From a virus (lineage: Duplodnaviria > Caudoviricetes), in IMG/VR virus record IMGVR_UViG_3300008448_000586, positions 1-25,017 of that record: DNA of 25,017 nt; one strand, 5' to 3'. The notes under the pieces were generated by a model, which saw nothing but the letters and a program-made list of their open reading frames with translations, was not told where the DNA came from and did not search any database. Below, in pieces: positions 24,148 to 25,017 of this stretch. The position numbers and the translations under genes were made by a program. How positions within the stretch are numbered: the first letter of the stretch is position 1; every line of letters starts with the position of its first letter.

Positions 24148-25017
24148 ATGCTGAAACTCGACCTCGCAACTCTTCGGGATGAGATCAATCAGGCGGAGAA
24201 GTTCCGCGACGCTCATCTCACTGAGTGGGAACGAACTGTGGAGCGATTCCACGGGCCTGCATATCGCACCGATGCAACATCGAGTGGCGACTATGACGAT
24301 CCAGAGAACTTCGTCCACGAGTACATCGCGCTGATCCTTCCGCGCATTGTGCACGATTCCCCGAAGGTTCGAGTCAAGTCATCCCGCCCAATCACGCAGG
24401 GTCTGGCCGGTAGCGTCATGCAACTGGCCCTGAACCGCTGGTGCAAGATGACCAAGGTTCGGAACACGCTGGAGCGGATTGCGACAGACATGCTGCTTGG
24501 GTTTGGAGTTGGCATGATCGTCAACGAGCCGACCAAGGGTTACCGAGCCACCGACGATGCGGACCCGTATCTGCCCCGTCTGTACCGAATCAGCCCGGAT
24601 CGTTTCTTCATCGATCCCGCCGCGACGAATCAGGAAGATGCCCGGTTCATGGGCCACTGCTGGATCGTCGATCGTGAGGATCTGCTGGAACGAGCCAAGA
24701 CAGAGGATGGCTGGAACAAGGATGTGATCGAGCGGATCGCGGCCAATACCGGCATCGAGGAACTGCGGGGCAGTTTCGACAAGGGCCGAAACATCCCAGA
24801 CCGCAAGGAACTGGTTCTGTACGAGGTGTGGGTGCCTGAACTGCGTGACGAGGATCGCGAGAAGATCGACGAGGCCACCGGCTTGCAGATGTTCAACGGC
24901 ACGATCTACACCGTACTGAAGGGCCAGAATGCCAACGACGACGCGGAAAGCGAATTCGTTCGTGAGCCGCGCCCGTATTGGGGTCCGCGATCCGGCCCGT
25001 ACACGATGTTCGGCGTG
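24148..25017 (+). CDS. Portal (head-tail connector) protein, 3'-truncated; absent from the ORF track
   Basis: Open from ATG 24148 to the window end: MLKLDLATLRDEI..PENFVHEYIALILPRIVHDSPKVRVKS..DMLLGFGVG..RISPDRFFIDPAA..LYEVW. This is a podovirus-type portal pattern in the expected position after TerL. Confidence 0.8.
   Translation, partial: MLKLDLATLRDEINQAEKFRDAHLTEWERTVERFHGPAYRTDATSSGDYDDPENFVHEYIALILPRIVHDSPKVRVKSSRPITQGLAGSVMQLALNRWCKMTKVRNTLERIATDMLLGFGVGMIVNEPTKGYRATDDADPYLPRLYRISPDRFFIDPAATNQEDARFMGHCWIVDREDLLERAKTEDGWNKDVIERIAANTGIEELRGSFDKGRNIPDRKELVLYEVWVPELRDEDREKIDEATGLQMFNGTIYTVLKGQNANDDAESEFVREPRPYWGPRSGPYTMFGV

Noticed and set aside
23311-24354. 347-aa minus-strand ORF opposite the basic peptide cluster
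   Set aside because: Leu/Phe/Ser-rich mirror of AAG-rich plus-strand codons, antisense to the packaging operon and portal.
1-25017. Stop-codon recoding, tRNA genes, diversity-generating retroelement, introns or inteins
   Set aside because: Genes are intact in the standard code (TAG is rare but appears to end 15433..15669). I saw no cloverleaf, reverse transcriptase, TR/VR pair or intein motifs by eye. A tRNAscan/Infernal run would be needed to exclude RNA genes formally.

Overview
The window is part of a tailed dsDNA phage genome and appears to span its whole non-structural region. From left to right it holds four blocks. (1) The 3' part of a giant (>3285 aa) virion/ejection-type 'polyvalent' protein carrying several enzyme-like domains. 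(2) A rightward module: RHH-type regulator, RecE-like exonuclease, RecT/Redbeta-like annealase with an SSB-like tail, metallophosphoesterase, YkgJ Cys-cluster protein and RusA. (3) A leftward early/replication module of small orphan genes, DUF932, HTH proteins and a DUF1376-type replication initiator. (4) The rightward packaging module: TerS, TerL, a run of tiny Lys-rich ORFs and the start of the portal gene. The most striking unexplained structure is non-coding. Seven early genes share a modular 5' leader: [hairpin with conserved ACCGUC loop]-[C/A-rich linker]-[short GC hairpin]-AGAAAUUGGAGA-start, with covarying stems. Four sigma70-like promoters, including that of the RHH gene, carry TGTA-N3-TACA palindromes, in tandem at three of them. 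All family assignments come from motif recognition by eye; no database searches were run.
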